Source: the human T2T-CHM13v2.0 reference genome, Homo sapiens. Taken from it: a stretch of DNA of 64,000 nt. Below are positions 1-14,835 of the stretch, one piece after another. The DNA is taken from assembly GCF_009914755.1 (NCBI RefSeq), contig NC_060927.1. The stretch is one strand, 5' to 3'. Positions within the stretch are counted from its first letter, which is position 1. The number at the start of each line of letters is the position of its first letter. The position numbers and the translations under genes are program-made. Below the pieces are notes generated by a model. That model was not told the origin of the DNA. It worked only from the letters and a program-made list of their open reading frames with translations, and ran no database searches.

Positions 1-1424
1 AGTAATATTACTTATAACTTTTCCTTCTTTTGAAAGAAATGGAGCTATTAATACTAGCAAGGAAGAAAAAGCAAAATTGTAAAATTAAACCAGCTTGGAA
101 GTCTCAAAGCAGGCAATTTGAGGTGAAATAAGGATGAAGACAAAATTAGACGGAAAAATAATTGATAATATTGTGAGAATAGTTCACAGATTTGGAAGCT
201 AAATAGAACACATAATGAATGTGTTTCTATAGAACATAAAACTGACCCCAATGCAAGATGCAGTTGTGCTTGGGAATTTCAAGTCCCGAGCCATCTGCTG
301 GGAGCTTAATATTGTTTAATGCCAAGAATCTGATAAATAGTTAATGAATTTAATACTTGACCTGATACAAATAGCCTTCCACAGTGTTGGAATGGTTGAA
401 ATATAAGTGTGGATTTGTCAAGGGAGCTACTTAAATCAGCCTCTTCCAAACAAGGTACCAGTGTCATTTAAATGGAAAAGATGTCAATATGAATATCATT
501 TCTCTTAATTTTCTCTTTGTTGGTGGACTTCTTAGAGAAAGGTGCATGTTAAATACACATAAATTGTGTATGTATAAAATGTAAATATAAATTTAATCAC
601 ATTTTTATAAATAATTTTCTAATAAAGGTAGCAATGGGGAAAATATATTGGAATTATCCCTAAAATAGTCTGTCAGAAAACAAATATATAAATGACCATT
701 TGTTCATTTATTTCATAAGAATATATTGATAATCTAGTGCAAATAATACAAAAATATCTTGTTTTCCTTTTAAAACGACCTTAAATAGATATTTTTAAGT
801 CTGCCATAAAAATTGGCATTAATATACTTTGCTTTACTAAAAGCTAACCTTTTAGAAGATAGAGAGTACTTTTAAATAATACATCAAACTGAACAGATCA
901 AGGAAAATTTTTATGTATCCTCAAATTTTCATCATGCTTGGGCATTGATTTTATAAGTAGGAAATATGTACAGGGTCAGAAATGGGTTCAACCAGAAAAC
1001 CTCCTTCTGATTGACAGATACGGATTTTTATTTGATTATATTAGACCTGCTCTGTGAAATCTGTACTCAAAGTGATATCCAAGATATATGAAAACACCAG
1101 GATATGTGAGTCAGTCCAGGGATCTATTTGTGACTAGATTACTGGCCTCAGTTTTGTTTGTTTGTTTTTTATTAATTGTAAATTGAGATGGCAACTTCAA
1201 ACTACTTACCAAAGACAACTTTGTATATTGACACCAAACATTTTATCTTCCTTCAGAAATTGCTGTCAACTTCAGTTCACAAAGGAAGGTCGGGAAGAAA
1301 GGAAGGAAAAGGAAAGCACACCTTGCACCTGAATCTCCCCTGAGAAAGTAATTGAAGCTTGCGTGTGCCTGTGTGTGTACACATGTGGGATGGAGGTGGA
1401 GAAAGGCTGACAGAACAATGGCTC

Positions 1425-3141
<1,717 letters not shown>

Positions 3142-3149
3142 CCTTTAAA

Positions 3150-3880
3150 GCTCTGGTTCTTCACAAGGCTGCCTATGAGCATGACCTGGGAAAAATTTAA
3201 AAATAACAGCTTTCTGGGCCCACTCCTAAATTAATAAAATCAGTCTCTGGTGTGGGGCCCTGACATAGGTATTTCTTTTTTAATTTTTGTGGGTACATAG
3301 TTGGTGGACATATTTATGGGGCACATGAGATATTTTGATACAAGCATGCAATGCATAGTAATCATATCATGAAAAATGGAGTATTATCCTCTCAAGCATG
3401 TATCCTTTGTGTTACAAACAATCCAGTTATACTCCTTTAATTCCATTTAAATGCACAATTAAATTATTTTGACTATAGTTACCCTGTTGTGCTATCAAAT
3501 ACTAGGTATTATTCATTCTTTCAAACTATATTTTTGTACCTACCCATTAAACATCCCCACCTCTGCCTCATCCTACACAATCCTTCCCAGCCTCCGGTAA
3601 CCCTCCTTCTACTCTCTATATCCATGAGTTCAATTGTTTTGATTTTTAGACCCCACAAATAAGCGAGAACACATGATGTTTGCCTTTCTGTTTCTGGTTT
3701 ATTTCTCTTAACATAATCCATCATGTTGTTGCGAATGATGGAATCTCATTCCTTTTAATGGCTGAATAGTAATCTATAGTGTATATGTATTACATCTACT
3801 ATACCCCTTCATCTGTTGATGGACACTTAGGTATGTTTTAAATTATGCAATTTTAATGTGTAGCCACCATGAAAACAACT
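3150..3880. mobile_element. MER5-like hAT MITE, split by L1MA 3' end
   Basis: 3150-3275 (CTGGGCCCACTCC..AATCAGTCTCTGGTGTGGGGCCC) and 3832-3880 (TTTTAATGTGTAGCC) resemble the two parts of MER5A/B. Confidence 0.5.
3276..3831 (-). mobile_element. L1MA2/L1MA3-like LINE-1 3' end (5'-truncated)
   Basis: T-run then TTTTTGTGGGTACATAG..TATTTATGGGG..ATTTTGATACA, typical of the antisense L1MA 3'UTR; ORF 3521-3724 resembles the ORF2 C-terminus/3'UTR boundary. Confidence 0.85.
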
Positions 3881-3938
3881 AATTTAGGGACCAGCAAAAG
3901 AGGGGTTGGTAAGGGGAATAATTTGTGATAACTAAACT

Positions 3939-4158
3939 ACAGTATAGTAGACCCTCTCCTATCATGGGCAGGCTCTTGGAAACAGCAACTTTAAGCAAAT
4001 CGATATAAAATAAAACCAATTTTACCACAGGCTAATTGATATAGACAAGACTTAAGTTCCTACAGTACATTTCTGGTTACAAAAACATCACCAAACTTCT
4101 AAGTAAATGTGAGATATCCATAGATTTAAGAAAGATTCATAAAAAACAAGTAAGACAA
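3939..4158 (-). mobile_element. MER6-like TcMar-Tigger fragment
   Basis: CTTGGAAACAGCAACTTTAAGC..AAACCAATTTTACCACAGGCTAATTGATATA..AAAAACATCACCAAACTTCTAA matches one MER6 end. Confidence 0.75.
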
Positions 4159-4406
4159 GGATACCAAAATCCAGTGATGCTCGTTGCTTATATATTAAAT
4201 TGCCTAGTATTTGCATATAATATGTGCACATCCTATGGCATACTAACACAATGGAATTGCTATGTAAATAGTTGTTATACTGTGTTGTTTTTTATTTGTG
4301 TTTTTTTTATTGTTGTACTCTTATTTTTAATATTTTCTGAATATATTTGATCCTTGGTTGGTTGAACAATCAGATGTGTAACCCAGGCATATGGAAGGCC
4401 AATTGT
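4159..4406 (+). mobile_element. MER2-like TcMar-Tigger fragment
   Basis: GGATACCAAAATCC..GATGCTC..AGTATTTGCATATAA..GCTATGTAAATAGTTGTTATACTG..GGTTGGTTGAA..ATGGAAGGCCAATTG matches MER2 lacking its first ~45 bp. Confidence 0.8.
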
Positions 4407-5002
4407 AAGTGTAAACAGTTATATGAGCCACTCAGGGTCCACCTAAGATAACTATTATTGCTGTTTCAATGTTTTCTATTTACAAAAGTATGTACATTTT
4501 TAAATGTCATACAGAATATCTTACATCATTTCACTTCTTTAGTCATTGGTATCATCCTCTGTGAAACAAGATATTAAACTAGACAAATCTAAAAGTCATC
4601 CAATAGCCTGTGAGAGCATCACTTAGGCTTATTCAGTGAAGTGAAGTCAATGCTTGAATGACATGTTGGGAGAGCCAGAAAACCATTTCTGTCTCCTGCT
4701 TGCATTCAAGCAGTATCTGCTGAATATCCACTTACTGTACTGTCAGAGGTCTGTTTATTTGACTTAGGACTTAAGGTAGATTTTAGCTCTTAAAAATAAG
4801 TTTTATTTTTTCAGTAATGCTAAGAGATTTACCCTCAATAATAACCAAAGGGAAGCTTCCTCAGTGAAAGCTAAACTAATCTGAAAGAATGGAGTCATAT
4901 AAAATCTGATGGCTCACCCATCCCCAGTTATTCAGGGCCTTCTTTGTATCAGGCACTCTATTTAATGCTGAACACCTGAATCACATTTATTTAACAACAT
5001 AT

Positions 5003-5053
5003 TCTCTCTCTCTCTCTCTCTTTCTGTCTTTCTTTCTTTCCCACCCTCCCTCC
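5003..5053 (+). repeat. (TC)n microsatellite / pyrimidine tract
   Basis: (TC)9 at 5003-5020 followed by TTTC/CCCT units. Confidence 0.9.
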
Positions 5054-8000
5054 TATGTGCTTTGTGGCTTAGAGAATTTGTATTTGGATTCCTCGGGGCT
5101 TTCTTTGTTGGGACGTACAATTCTTAAAAAGCAACTGTGCTAGAATTTACTAATCATTTAAAGCTCATTCAATTTTGGCATATACTAACCTAATGAGATG
5201 GTATTTAGCATAATATATTATGCAAATTTTCTGTCACTTCAGTACCCCAGTAATATAGATAATGTGCAGTAAAATTAAATCACTTTTTGTTTACTCTTAC
5301 CAAAAATATTGCATTTTAGATAAAAGTTATTAATATCTTATAGTCACAGCCCTTAAATGTATTTTCAATTATTTAATAACATTTCTTCTCTCTTAACTGT
5401 AGTGGCATTTTTAAAATTCATCAAAGTTTTAAAAATTTATAACATCTATCAAAGTATCTCTACTTCGTGTCTTAACTAAATTAAAAATTTCTTGAATGAA
5501 GGGACTAGGCCACACATTTGTTTTCTAAGAGCAAACTGGGTCTGTTCTGCTACTTAATTATGTTTCTATAGTACAAACTAGCTCATAAACAATTAGCAAA
5601 TAGAGGAATCATGTAGTATAATGTGAAAATTATAATGATTACTATGGATTTTTTCCTGGGTAAGTGAAAATAAGATGACAAATAGTGGAATTCAACTTTG
5701 AACAGAACAGGATAGGGCCCTCTAAATGACATTTTAATAAAATTTCAAATGACTCTGTACTCAGGGTTGTCTCCCAAAATAGTCACACCGGACCCCCAGT
5801 GTGACTCTGGGCTTAAGCAAGGTTGAATTTCCTCCTGTGCTCACCTGAACAAAAGACCCAGTAGTTCAACTCTGTTTTCATTTGCATTTTCTCAGTGTCC
5901 CCAAGCCAGTATTTCCACTCTACTAATAGATTTAATGTCCCAAAAGGCAGTCCGTAGCTGCTGTGAGTCTCTTGCCTTTAGTGTCCAAATTATTTCCCAA
6001 AAAACAATTATTATTATTTTTCAGTAGTGCTTTGTTCAGTAGTGCTTCAAAACCTTGCATACGTTTTGAAGTCTGCGTCTCCCTTTGTTTTCTAATATAC
6101 ACTATTATTTTAGTGGAAGATTCAAAAAATGCATTGTTTTTATCCCCAACAGGTGTTGTGGTGAGGAAAGTAATTGGTGAATATAGGCTAATAAGCATTT
6201 AATTTTTTCTATGGAATTAACAGTTAAACTTTTAAAAGTTTTTCCTTAAATATTATAGTTATCATGATACAGCATTCCTTAATTTGGAAGTCTTATTACA
6301 ATATTGTATGTGTTGTAATTTACTTTTTAAAAGCATTATACATTTTTGGTTAAAATATAATGTTTGATCAATTATATTATCTGTGGCATTAATTATTCTC
6401 CATTTTTAAATATTGAGAGACCACACTGAACACTGAGCAAAAAAGTTATTCTATACTCAACACAGAATCAATGTTTTTACACATAGTATCATTTATTAAA
6501 TTAAAATCTAGTTAAAATTTTAACTGGTAAGATGCCCATTATTTTTCATTACTTTTGTTATTAAGAAAATGTGTCTAAATTATTTTTTCTTACAAAAATA
6601 CCTATTCCATTAGTGCAAACATATTTATGCAAAAAGAAATTTTCTAAGTCTTTATTCTAGATAAAACTATTCTAATAGACATTCATGATTGTCCTCAAGG
6701 TTATATTTTTCTTCTTGCCAAGAGAAGTAGAAAAAAGCAACAGATTGTAAATGTTTGGCCTCTTTCCCTTCTCCAGAAGAGGAGAAAGGGGGAGGGAAGT
6801 GGAGAGATCCATGATGCTTTGGAATGGAAAAAAACACGAAGTCTGTGTGTAATGAAAGCATTTATTATGCCCTTGTGAGAGAAAAATGGATTTTTGATGC
6901 AGCCACTAACACTGAAGTTATGAAAAGGCTACTTGTAGAAGTTGATTGAACATATTACATCCACTGTTAAATTACCCATGAAAGAAGTAAGAAAATGTTT
7001 GCATCCATTTGCCAAAGCTTCCTTGCATACTACTGCAGATAGATCTTGGCAAAGACAGTGAATTAGATCAATCATGCTTTACAGAAAAAAAAAAAACAGT
7101 AAAGCAATATCTCATGTCTAAGAAATGAAATGTAGGGTAATTTGGAGTAGCTGAGACAGTCCTGTATAGCTGGGAAGGCTCCAGACACCTTTCTGATGGA
7201 CAGATCACAAGCCCCGAGTAAAAAGCACAGGACCCAGGCTGATGTCTGTGTAAAACAATTTTATGTACCTCAGTAATCCCGAGATACAGATTTGCAAATA
7301 TCCTAACATATCTGAGATCATAGCGTGTCTTTTGATGGCCTCTCACAATTGCTGTTTTAGAATTGTTACATAGTTGTCATTACTGTTTGTGTGCAAACTT
7401 GGCTATATTTTCATTATTTCAGTTTAGTTTCATTCATTGAGTTTAATTGCCATTTACAATGATTTCCCGGTTGATGACTAAAAACTTTATTTTTATGCCA
7501 TCTGTAATGATTAAGAAAGTGCTGACATTAAAATTTTTATTAAGAGTGCCAGCAGCTGAGAAGTTTGAAAGCCCAAAGTTGAGCATTCTTTCATAAAATG
7601 CAGTATTAAAATGCTTTTGATAACACATAGAACAAAAATGTACAGAAAAATTATGGGCAGTAAGAAAGCATTTTGTCATAGTTTAACTGATAACATTTTT
7701 TTCTTTCCCAGCAAGTACAATAAGAGTGTATCTTAGTAATGACAACATAAGATTCAATGAAATCTAGTATTTTTGGGGAGAAGGATTCAGCAGCAATGGG
7801 TATTTAACAACAGTTAATGATCCCCTCACTACAAAGCTCTAGCCGAAAACCAGATGAATAAGCTGTTTCATCTTTAAATTCTAAATAATATTTTATATTT
7901 TTATCACACTAGTTTTCCTGTGAAATGGAAACCTGCACTTCTAGGTTTTTGATTCCTTAAAAATTACTCACATCACTAATTGCGAAAATGTATAATAGAA

Positions 8001-8857
8001 GAATAAGAAAGGGCTTTGGTTAGTTTCTTTATTTTCAAAAGCAAAGCCTTCTCCATACTTTACTAGATGGCTTACAAAATAAAGCAGATGCCATATAATT
8101 TGCTAATGACAAGAAAAGATACATCAGAGAGAAATAACATCTAAGACAGAGAATATCAGAAAGAGAAAAACACCTTTAATTACCTCCTGCCTTCATCCAA
8201 CAATGATTTATTTATTACCTATTTGGCAAGCAAAGCTACAATATTATCTAATGCATAGGAACATTCTTTTCCAAGGTACATATCCACTGCATATTCATAG
8301 TAATAAAGCCTCAACTTGCAGATTAGGAGATAATTATATATTCCTCTGACACTACGAGGGAGTAGCAAAACTAAGAGCCGAAATGTCTTCACACCTCATT
8401 TGAAATTTCTAAATGGTTTCATTTATATATGGAATCAGACCCTCAAATTTTTTATCATCTGGGCCTATGCAACTGACATGAAAGAAATGGGAGTCCTGTG
8501 GCTTTTCCCAGGACTTTTCTATCAATAACAAGAATGAGAAGATTCTTTTGGCATCACATTACTCTTAAATTTTTAACTGAGAAATCATTTCAGAGTTTAA
8601 ATGCCCAAATCATCTCTAGTTGGCAACTTTAAAGATGGCCCCTGGAGAGCTTTCTGAGAAGCAGCTCAGCAGTGGATTTATATGTGGTTTCCTAAGTTGA
8701 ACCAGGAAGGAAAGCACCACTAGGTAATATCACATATTGATAACAAACTTTAATGAACATAAAATTATCTCTGTGCGTGGAATCAATATATAAATAGAAT
8801 AAATGTCCCTATGGACATCAATAATTTGGAGATTGGGACACTGAAACATCTCTCTCT

Positions 8858-9185
8858 CTGTTGTACATGGAAATGGGGTGACTCCTGCCCAAAAAGATGA
8901 ATGGTGCTGCACACTCACCAAGAGGGTTTGAAAAAGTTTGCGACTCATCTAATAAGCTATGTGGAGAGACGAAGCTCTTGGGCAGGTAGGAAAATGTCTT
9001 CAGAGAGCAAGGAAAGGAGACTGGCAGGGAGTTTTTTATGGTGGTTATGGGGTGGGGCTGGGCTAAAAGTTCCCATGTGTGATTTGGACTTCGAGCCTCT
9101 GGACCTCATTGTCAGCCTGCCCACATGTGGGGCAGAAGGGAAAGAGGGAGGAATGAGGCTTAAAAGATGTTACCAGTCAAGCCCC
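8858..9185 (-). mobile_element. Old ERV LTR fragment (subfamily uncertain)
   Basis: GAGAGCAAGGAAAGGAGACTGGC..TTTTTATGGTGGTT..GGGGTGGGGCTGGG resembles an antisense LTR promoter segment; the minus strand carries CATAAAAAA. Confidence 0.5.
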
Positions 9186-9398
9186 AAAACATGGACTCAA
9201 ACTATATTAGCCTTTTTCTGCCCTTTACCTCTTAAATTCTGAGTTCAGCCTCTTCAACTTGACTAGTAGTACTTGGCTCTGCTTGTAGGCTACTGTTCAT
9301 TACTTCTTTCCATGGATCGACGATTTTAACATGTCCTTGCTACTAGTCAGAGTCCAGTCAGAAAAACAAAGGCCACAGCAGCTAGCTCAAAAGAGAAA

Positions 9399-9722
9399 TT
9401 TTTCTTTTCTTTTTTTTCTTTTTTTCTTCTTTTTTTTTTTGAGACGGAGTCTCACTCTGTAGCCCAGGCTGGAGTGCAGTGTTGCCATCTCGGCTCACTG
9501 CAACCTCCACTTCCTGGGTTCAAGCGAGTCTCCTGCCTCTGCCTCCTGAGTAGTTGAGATTACAGGCATGCACCCCCATGCCTGGCTAATTTTTGTATTT
9601 TTAGTAGAGATAGGGGTTTCACCATGTTGGCCAAGTTGGTCTTGAACTCCTGACCTCAAGTGATCCTCCCACCTAGCCTCTCGAAGTGCTGGGATTACAG
9701 GCATGAGCCACCATGCCCAGCC
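9399..9722 (-). mobile_element. AluS (Sx/Sz-like) SINE
   Basis: Interrupted poly-T 9399-9440 then GAGACGGAGTCTCACTCTGT..TGACCTCAAGTGATCC..GCCCAGCC; degenerate TSD AAAAGAGAAATTT / AAAAGGGAATTT. Confidence 0.95.
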
Positions 9723-9952
9723 AAAAAAAGGGAATTTAATATAAGTAACTAGTCACACTGATACTGGAGTCACTGAGAAGCCAGTCTGCCGTTGGTGAAG
9801 GAACCCAGAGACTAGGAACAACAGGCAGCTGGAACCATGGCAGAGGCTACCCTGAGGGAGCAGGAGCTACAGAACTGATATTTCCTATCATGGAGCTAGA
9901 ACCAAGCGGAGACACAGACACAACCAGAAATGTCAACATAGGCAAAGAACAA

Positions 9953-11100
9953 ACATGGATTTGCTGGGAAGCCATTGAAACTTAAGCTTCTGGGCCCTCA
10001 CAAGAATCCTTAGAAGTGTGTTTACATGACTCTGAGATTTGAAATGGTTAAGTTTGAGGAATTCAGTAGGACTTACTAACTGCAGTTGGTTAAGACCATA
10101 GTCTACTTTTATTTCCGTTTTCCTGTTATCAGACTTTTCTCATGTCAGATGCCATGGAAGAAGCTGCCAGGATTTAGATCCAACTAAGGAAAAGTCGAGT
10201 TGGAGATACAATTAATGGAGTTTCAGTAAACTATAGTCTGTGGCTTGTAGTGACTTTCATGTATAGTTAAGTTATTGCCAGCTACCCTGGTGTAAGATTG
10301 GCTTCTGGGTACTCCTCTACTACCCACTGAGCTGATTAATCTGTTGTCCTGATGGGAAAAGGATGTACTGCTATATGAAAGCATCATAGGGTGCCCTGCT
10401 CCAAGTATATGGGTTGTGGAAGAAAAATTGCATTTGCAGTATGTGGAACCAAAAATTTCTTCGTGAAAAATTCTTCTAATCATCAATCATATAAAATTCT
10501 AAGAAAATTAGGTTACCTATAAAAAACAGAAGTTTCCTTTTTTTCACGAATGTATTTGATTATGCATTGCATATATTCATACTTGTGTAATGCATTTTTA
10601 ATAAAAATGTATGCAAAGTAGAAAAAATTAGAATTCCTTTGTTGTACAAAATCCATAGCAGGACTACAAATAATCAAAATGTCTGCTTGTAGAGTCACAT
10701 GTCTGTGCATCTCAACTATAAATAATAAAAGAAGAAGTTCTGATCAGCCATGCTAGAGGAAAGGCTGAATAAATGTGTACTGTCTTTAGATGAAATGTTA
10801 CAAAATCATTGTCATATGAACAAGTGATTTAAGGTATGTAGTTAATATTTATAGGAAAAGAAAAAATTATGGATGTATATCAGTAAGTTAATAAAATTTT
10901 TATGTCATTTTCCTTAGTATTTTTATGTTTGTGGTATTTGCTAGCTTTTTAAAATTATTAACTTGTAGTGATTTATTTCCTAATGCTAAATAAATATTCA
11001 CTTTTCTATCTAATTTAATGTAAAATTGTACAAACTTTTCCTGAAAGAAAGCTCAAAAAGTTATATGAACTTCAGGTCTCAACAATCTTTTATGCATGTC
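9953..11100 (+). mobile_element. Arthur1B (MER69B)-like hAT-Tip100 DNA transposon fossil
   Basis: GGATTTGCTGGGAAGCCATTGAAACTTAAGCTTCTGGGCCCTCAC start; internal GTATAGTTAAGTTATTGCCAGC and AAAATTCTTCTAATCATCA blocks; AACTTCAGGTCTCAACAA end. Confidence 0.75.
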
Positions 11101-12349
11101 TGTCGGAAGAAAAATCCCGGACTGCTGCCTTCCATTGGCTTCCAATCTCTCAACAATGCTTCATATTGACTGAATCTAGCTGTGAGTCTGTTGGCAGGGC
11201 AGCCTAGGAAAAGGAGATTGAAGGAGCCAGCCCCCTGAGATATAGAGCAGTGCTGGAGAAGGCCGGTGAGAAGTAGATTATCCACGAGCAAAAGGAAATG
11301 GCCAGCACAGCCTCTGATTTGCAAACTGTATTTAGGAAATCCCCTGTCTTGCTGCCTTCACTGGCACTGACTGTAGTAACTGGCCACTGGAATTTTTCAT
11401 GTTCTCTCACAAATTTCTAAACCAATGCACAGTTTAATTTTTAGTCAGGTTCAGAGTAAGCTGACCTGTTTCATTACTGTTATTTATTTATTTATTTACT
11501 TACTTATTTTGCAGAGCCTAAATGCAGGTTTGAAAAAAAGAAGAGGAGGATGAAATCTCACTTTCACCTTCACATTTCACCATCTTGGTCACCAATGTGA
11601 ATCTAGTCTGTGAAAAAAAGCCAAGTAGGCAAGGCTTTCCTGAGTTATGATGAGTCATTATTAATGACCCTTATTTAGTAAGTAAAAATCACATCTATCT
11701 GAGCTCAAAAAGTCCTAAATTTCCTAAAATGAGTCTAATGAACTTCAGATCCTCTTATGCACATTTATAATGTCTTATAGATAATAAAAAGAATCGTTTG
11801 AAGACAAAATTAAACATAAAATGTTGCTTTGTTTAATTTTATTGCTCTCAAATAGGTTTACAGATGGTCAGGGAACATATCAGTGACCCAGCTAAATTTC
11901 AGTGTAATGGTCAAACTAATGTCAGAAAAATAAGTGAAAAAATATGTTTACCATTAAAGAATCCACATATCTGTGTGTTTAACTTATCATTTTAAACACT
12001 GATGGTTATGAAAAATTTGTGGTAAGAGTTTGTTGTAAAGTAACATTGGTTTTATGAGATGAAATTGTAGAGTTCTCTGATATATATAGCATTCCTTCAT
12101 GAATGAATGTGATTAATATCATAAGTAAAATTCTAGTTTCCTTTGAATTATATTTAAAATTCTATAAATTTTAAATACAATTTATATAATTTTATATGAC
12201 TACAATGACTATATCTATATTTATAATGTCCTCAATTCAGAGGTTTTAAATGTTGAGCACAAAGAATTAAAGATACCAATATTGTGAATCATGTTTTAAT
12301 TTAAATATGGCTTTAAACGTGAGTAAAAACACTATGCTATATAAAAGAT

Positions 12350-12530
12350 TCATTCATCATGTGTTTAGAAACATGTTATTGCCTACAGTGTACTAGACTG
12401 CTGAGGACTTTATGGAGCTCATGCTACTATTATTTTTCTTATTTTACAATCAGTATAGTTAAAACTAATGAAACTCAACTGATTCTCCCCAGGTCACAGA
12501 CCTACTAAATTATAGACTTGGACCTCAAAA
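12350..12530 (-). mobile_element. MIR fragment
   Basis: TATTATTTTTCTTATTTTACA..CCCCAGGTCACAGAC core-SINE motif. Confidence 0.5.
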
Positions 12531-12892
12531 AAAAGCAATATTTTTCTTATTCCCATATACTGACTCTTAGATAGGGTAAGCACTAAAAATTGTATGTTTA
12601 TTGTATAAATATAAGTTGTTCCTCTTAGGGAGCATCATTAAAATTATAGTTTTTTAATCAGTAAAGGACAACAGACAAACTTGGCTACAATTTTTACATA
12701 GTCCTCAACCATCTTTCTCAGGGGCTATGTTCATGCATAAGGAATCTACCATTCCTATGGGATTTATAAGCTCCTGAGGATCCAGTTCTGTATTCATTTG
12801 TTAAGACCTGAAATGCTGCTTAAGCTTTTCTTTTTAACTTATTTTTTCCAAACGTGCTCCCTTAACCACTTGCATCAGAATTAGTCAGGGAT

Positions 12893-14835
12893 CCTGGCAA
12901 TTAAGAAAAGAAAAAAAATACTATACAGATTGGAAAGAAAGTTAAAGTATTTCTGTTTGCGATGATATAATCTAGTATTAGAAAACCCTAAGTGACTTAT
13001 TAAAAATATTAGAACTAATAAATAAGCTTAGTAATGTTATAGGATACAAAATTAACATATAAAAATCAAGTGTATTTCTATAAACTAGCAATGACAACTT
13101 CAAAAAATATATTAGGAAAACAATTCAATTTACTATAGCATCAAAAAGAACAGAATGTATATGTATAAATTTAACCAAAAAATAGTAAAAGACTTGTACA
13201 CTAAAAACTAAAGGTAGGAATTAAGGAAGATCTAAATAAATGGAAAAGCATTACATTTTTACCCATCATAAGATGTGATATTTTTAATATGGCAATATTT
13301 TCCATGTTGCTCTACAGAATCAAAGCATTTTTTTCCGAATCCCAGCTTCTTTGCAGAAACTGACAGGTTAATCTTAAAATTTCTATGGAATTACAAAGGA
13401 TCCAGAATAGCAAAAAGCAATCTGGAAAAAACTTAACAAAATTGGAAGACACACACTTTTCAGCTTTAACACTTAATACAGAACTACAGTAATTGAGAGA
13501 GTGTGGTGCTGGCATAAGGATAGACATAGAGACTGACAGAAAAGAATGAGAGTTTCAACATAGATTCTGACATTAATGGTCTATTGACTTTGAACAATAG
13601 TGCCAAGGCTGTTCATTGGGGGAAAGAATAGTCTTTTGATGGGACAACTGGATATCTACATGAAGCGAGATAAAATTGGACTCATACTATACATTATATG
13701 CAAAAATTAACTCAAAATGAACTACAAAAATAAATGGAAAAGTTAAAATTATAAGAAAATGGAAGTAAACACTTACGATCTTAGTCAATGGTTTCTTGGA
13801 TGTGACACAAAAAAAACACAAGCAACAAAAGAAAAAGCTAGATAAATTGGACTACATAAAAATTAAGAGTTTTGTGCTTCAAGAACTACCATTAAGTAAG
13901 TGTAAAGACAAACCACTAAATGATGGAAGAAAATATATGCAAATCATATAACTGATAAAGGACTTATATCCATAATACATAAACATTCTTACAAGTCAAT
14001 AATAGAAAGACAAATAAATTAACTAAATCCAGGGCAAAAAGTTTGAATAGACGTTTTTTTTTCCAAAGAAGATATACAAGTCTTTAAAAGCACATGAAAA
14101 TATGTTCAGCATCATTTGTTATCAGGGAAATGCAAATAAAATCACAGCCATTATGATGGCTAAATTTTTAAGAAATTGATAACAAGTGTTTATGATGACA
14201 CAGAAAAATTGGAACTCTTATATTGCTGGCGGAAATGTAAAATGGTACAGCTGCTTTGGAAAAAGAGTCTGGGGGTTCTTCAAAAAGTTAGGTTTAGCAC
14301 ATGATCCAGGAATACCACTCTTAGGTTTACACCCAAAAGAAAATAAAACATATATCCACATAAAAACATTTATAACTGCTCATGGTAACGTTATTTACAA
14401 TAGTCAACAGTGGATACAACCCAAACGTCCATCAACTTATGAATAGATAAATTAAATATAGTATATTCATACAAAAGAATATTTTGTCAAATCAAAAGGA
14501 ATGAAGTATCAATACACGCTGCATGATACAATATGGCTGAACCTTGAAAACATTATGCTAACTGAAAGAAGCCAGTCACAAAAGATTGCACAATTCCATT
14601 TATATGAAATGTCCAGTTTAGGCAAATCTAAGGAGACAAAATTAGTGGTTGTCAAGAGATGATGGAGAGGAAAATGTGTAGTGACTGCTAATGGGTACAG
14701 GTTTTCTTGAAGGAGTGATAAAATGTTATCAAATTGACTGTGGTGATGGTTGCACAACTCTGTGAAAATACTAAAAGCCAGTGAATTGTAAATTTTATAT
14801 GGGTGAATTATATCTCAGTGAAGCTACTTTGTAAA
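12893..14835 (+). mobile_element. L1MB7/8-like LINE-1, ORF2 RT region to 3' end
   Basis: Degenerate FADD region (TGTTTGCGATGATATAATC), ORF2 C-terminal remnants (ORF 14186-14446), L1MB 3'UTR (GGTGATGGTTGCACAACTCTGTGAA..GAATTATATCTCA). Confidence 0.85.

Larger units (their letters stand above)
9340..11309 (-). mobile_element. LTR33/LTR41-like ERVL LTR, split by AluS and Arthur1
   Basis: Left end TACTAGTCAGAGTCCAGTCAGAAAAACA..GGAATTTAATATAAG and right end ..GCAAAAGGAAATGGCCAGCACA resemble antisense LTR33-group termini. Confidence 0.55.

Noticed and set aside
11641-11670. AP-1 motifs TGAGTCA (11651; also ~1107, 24749, 41508, 52523)
   Set aside because: A handful of 7-mer hits is expected by chance in 64 kb of AT-rich DNA.
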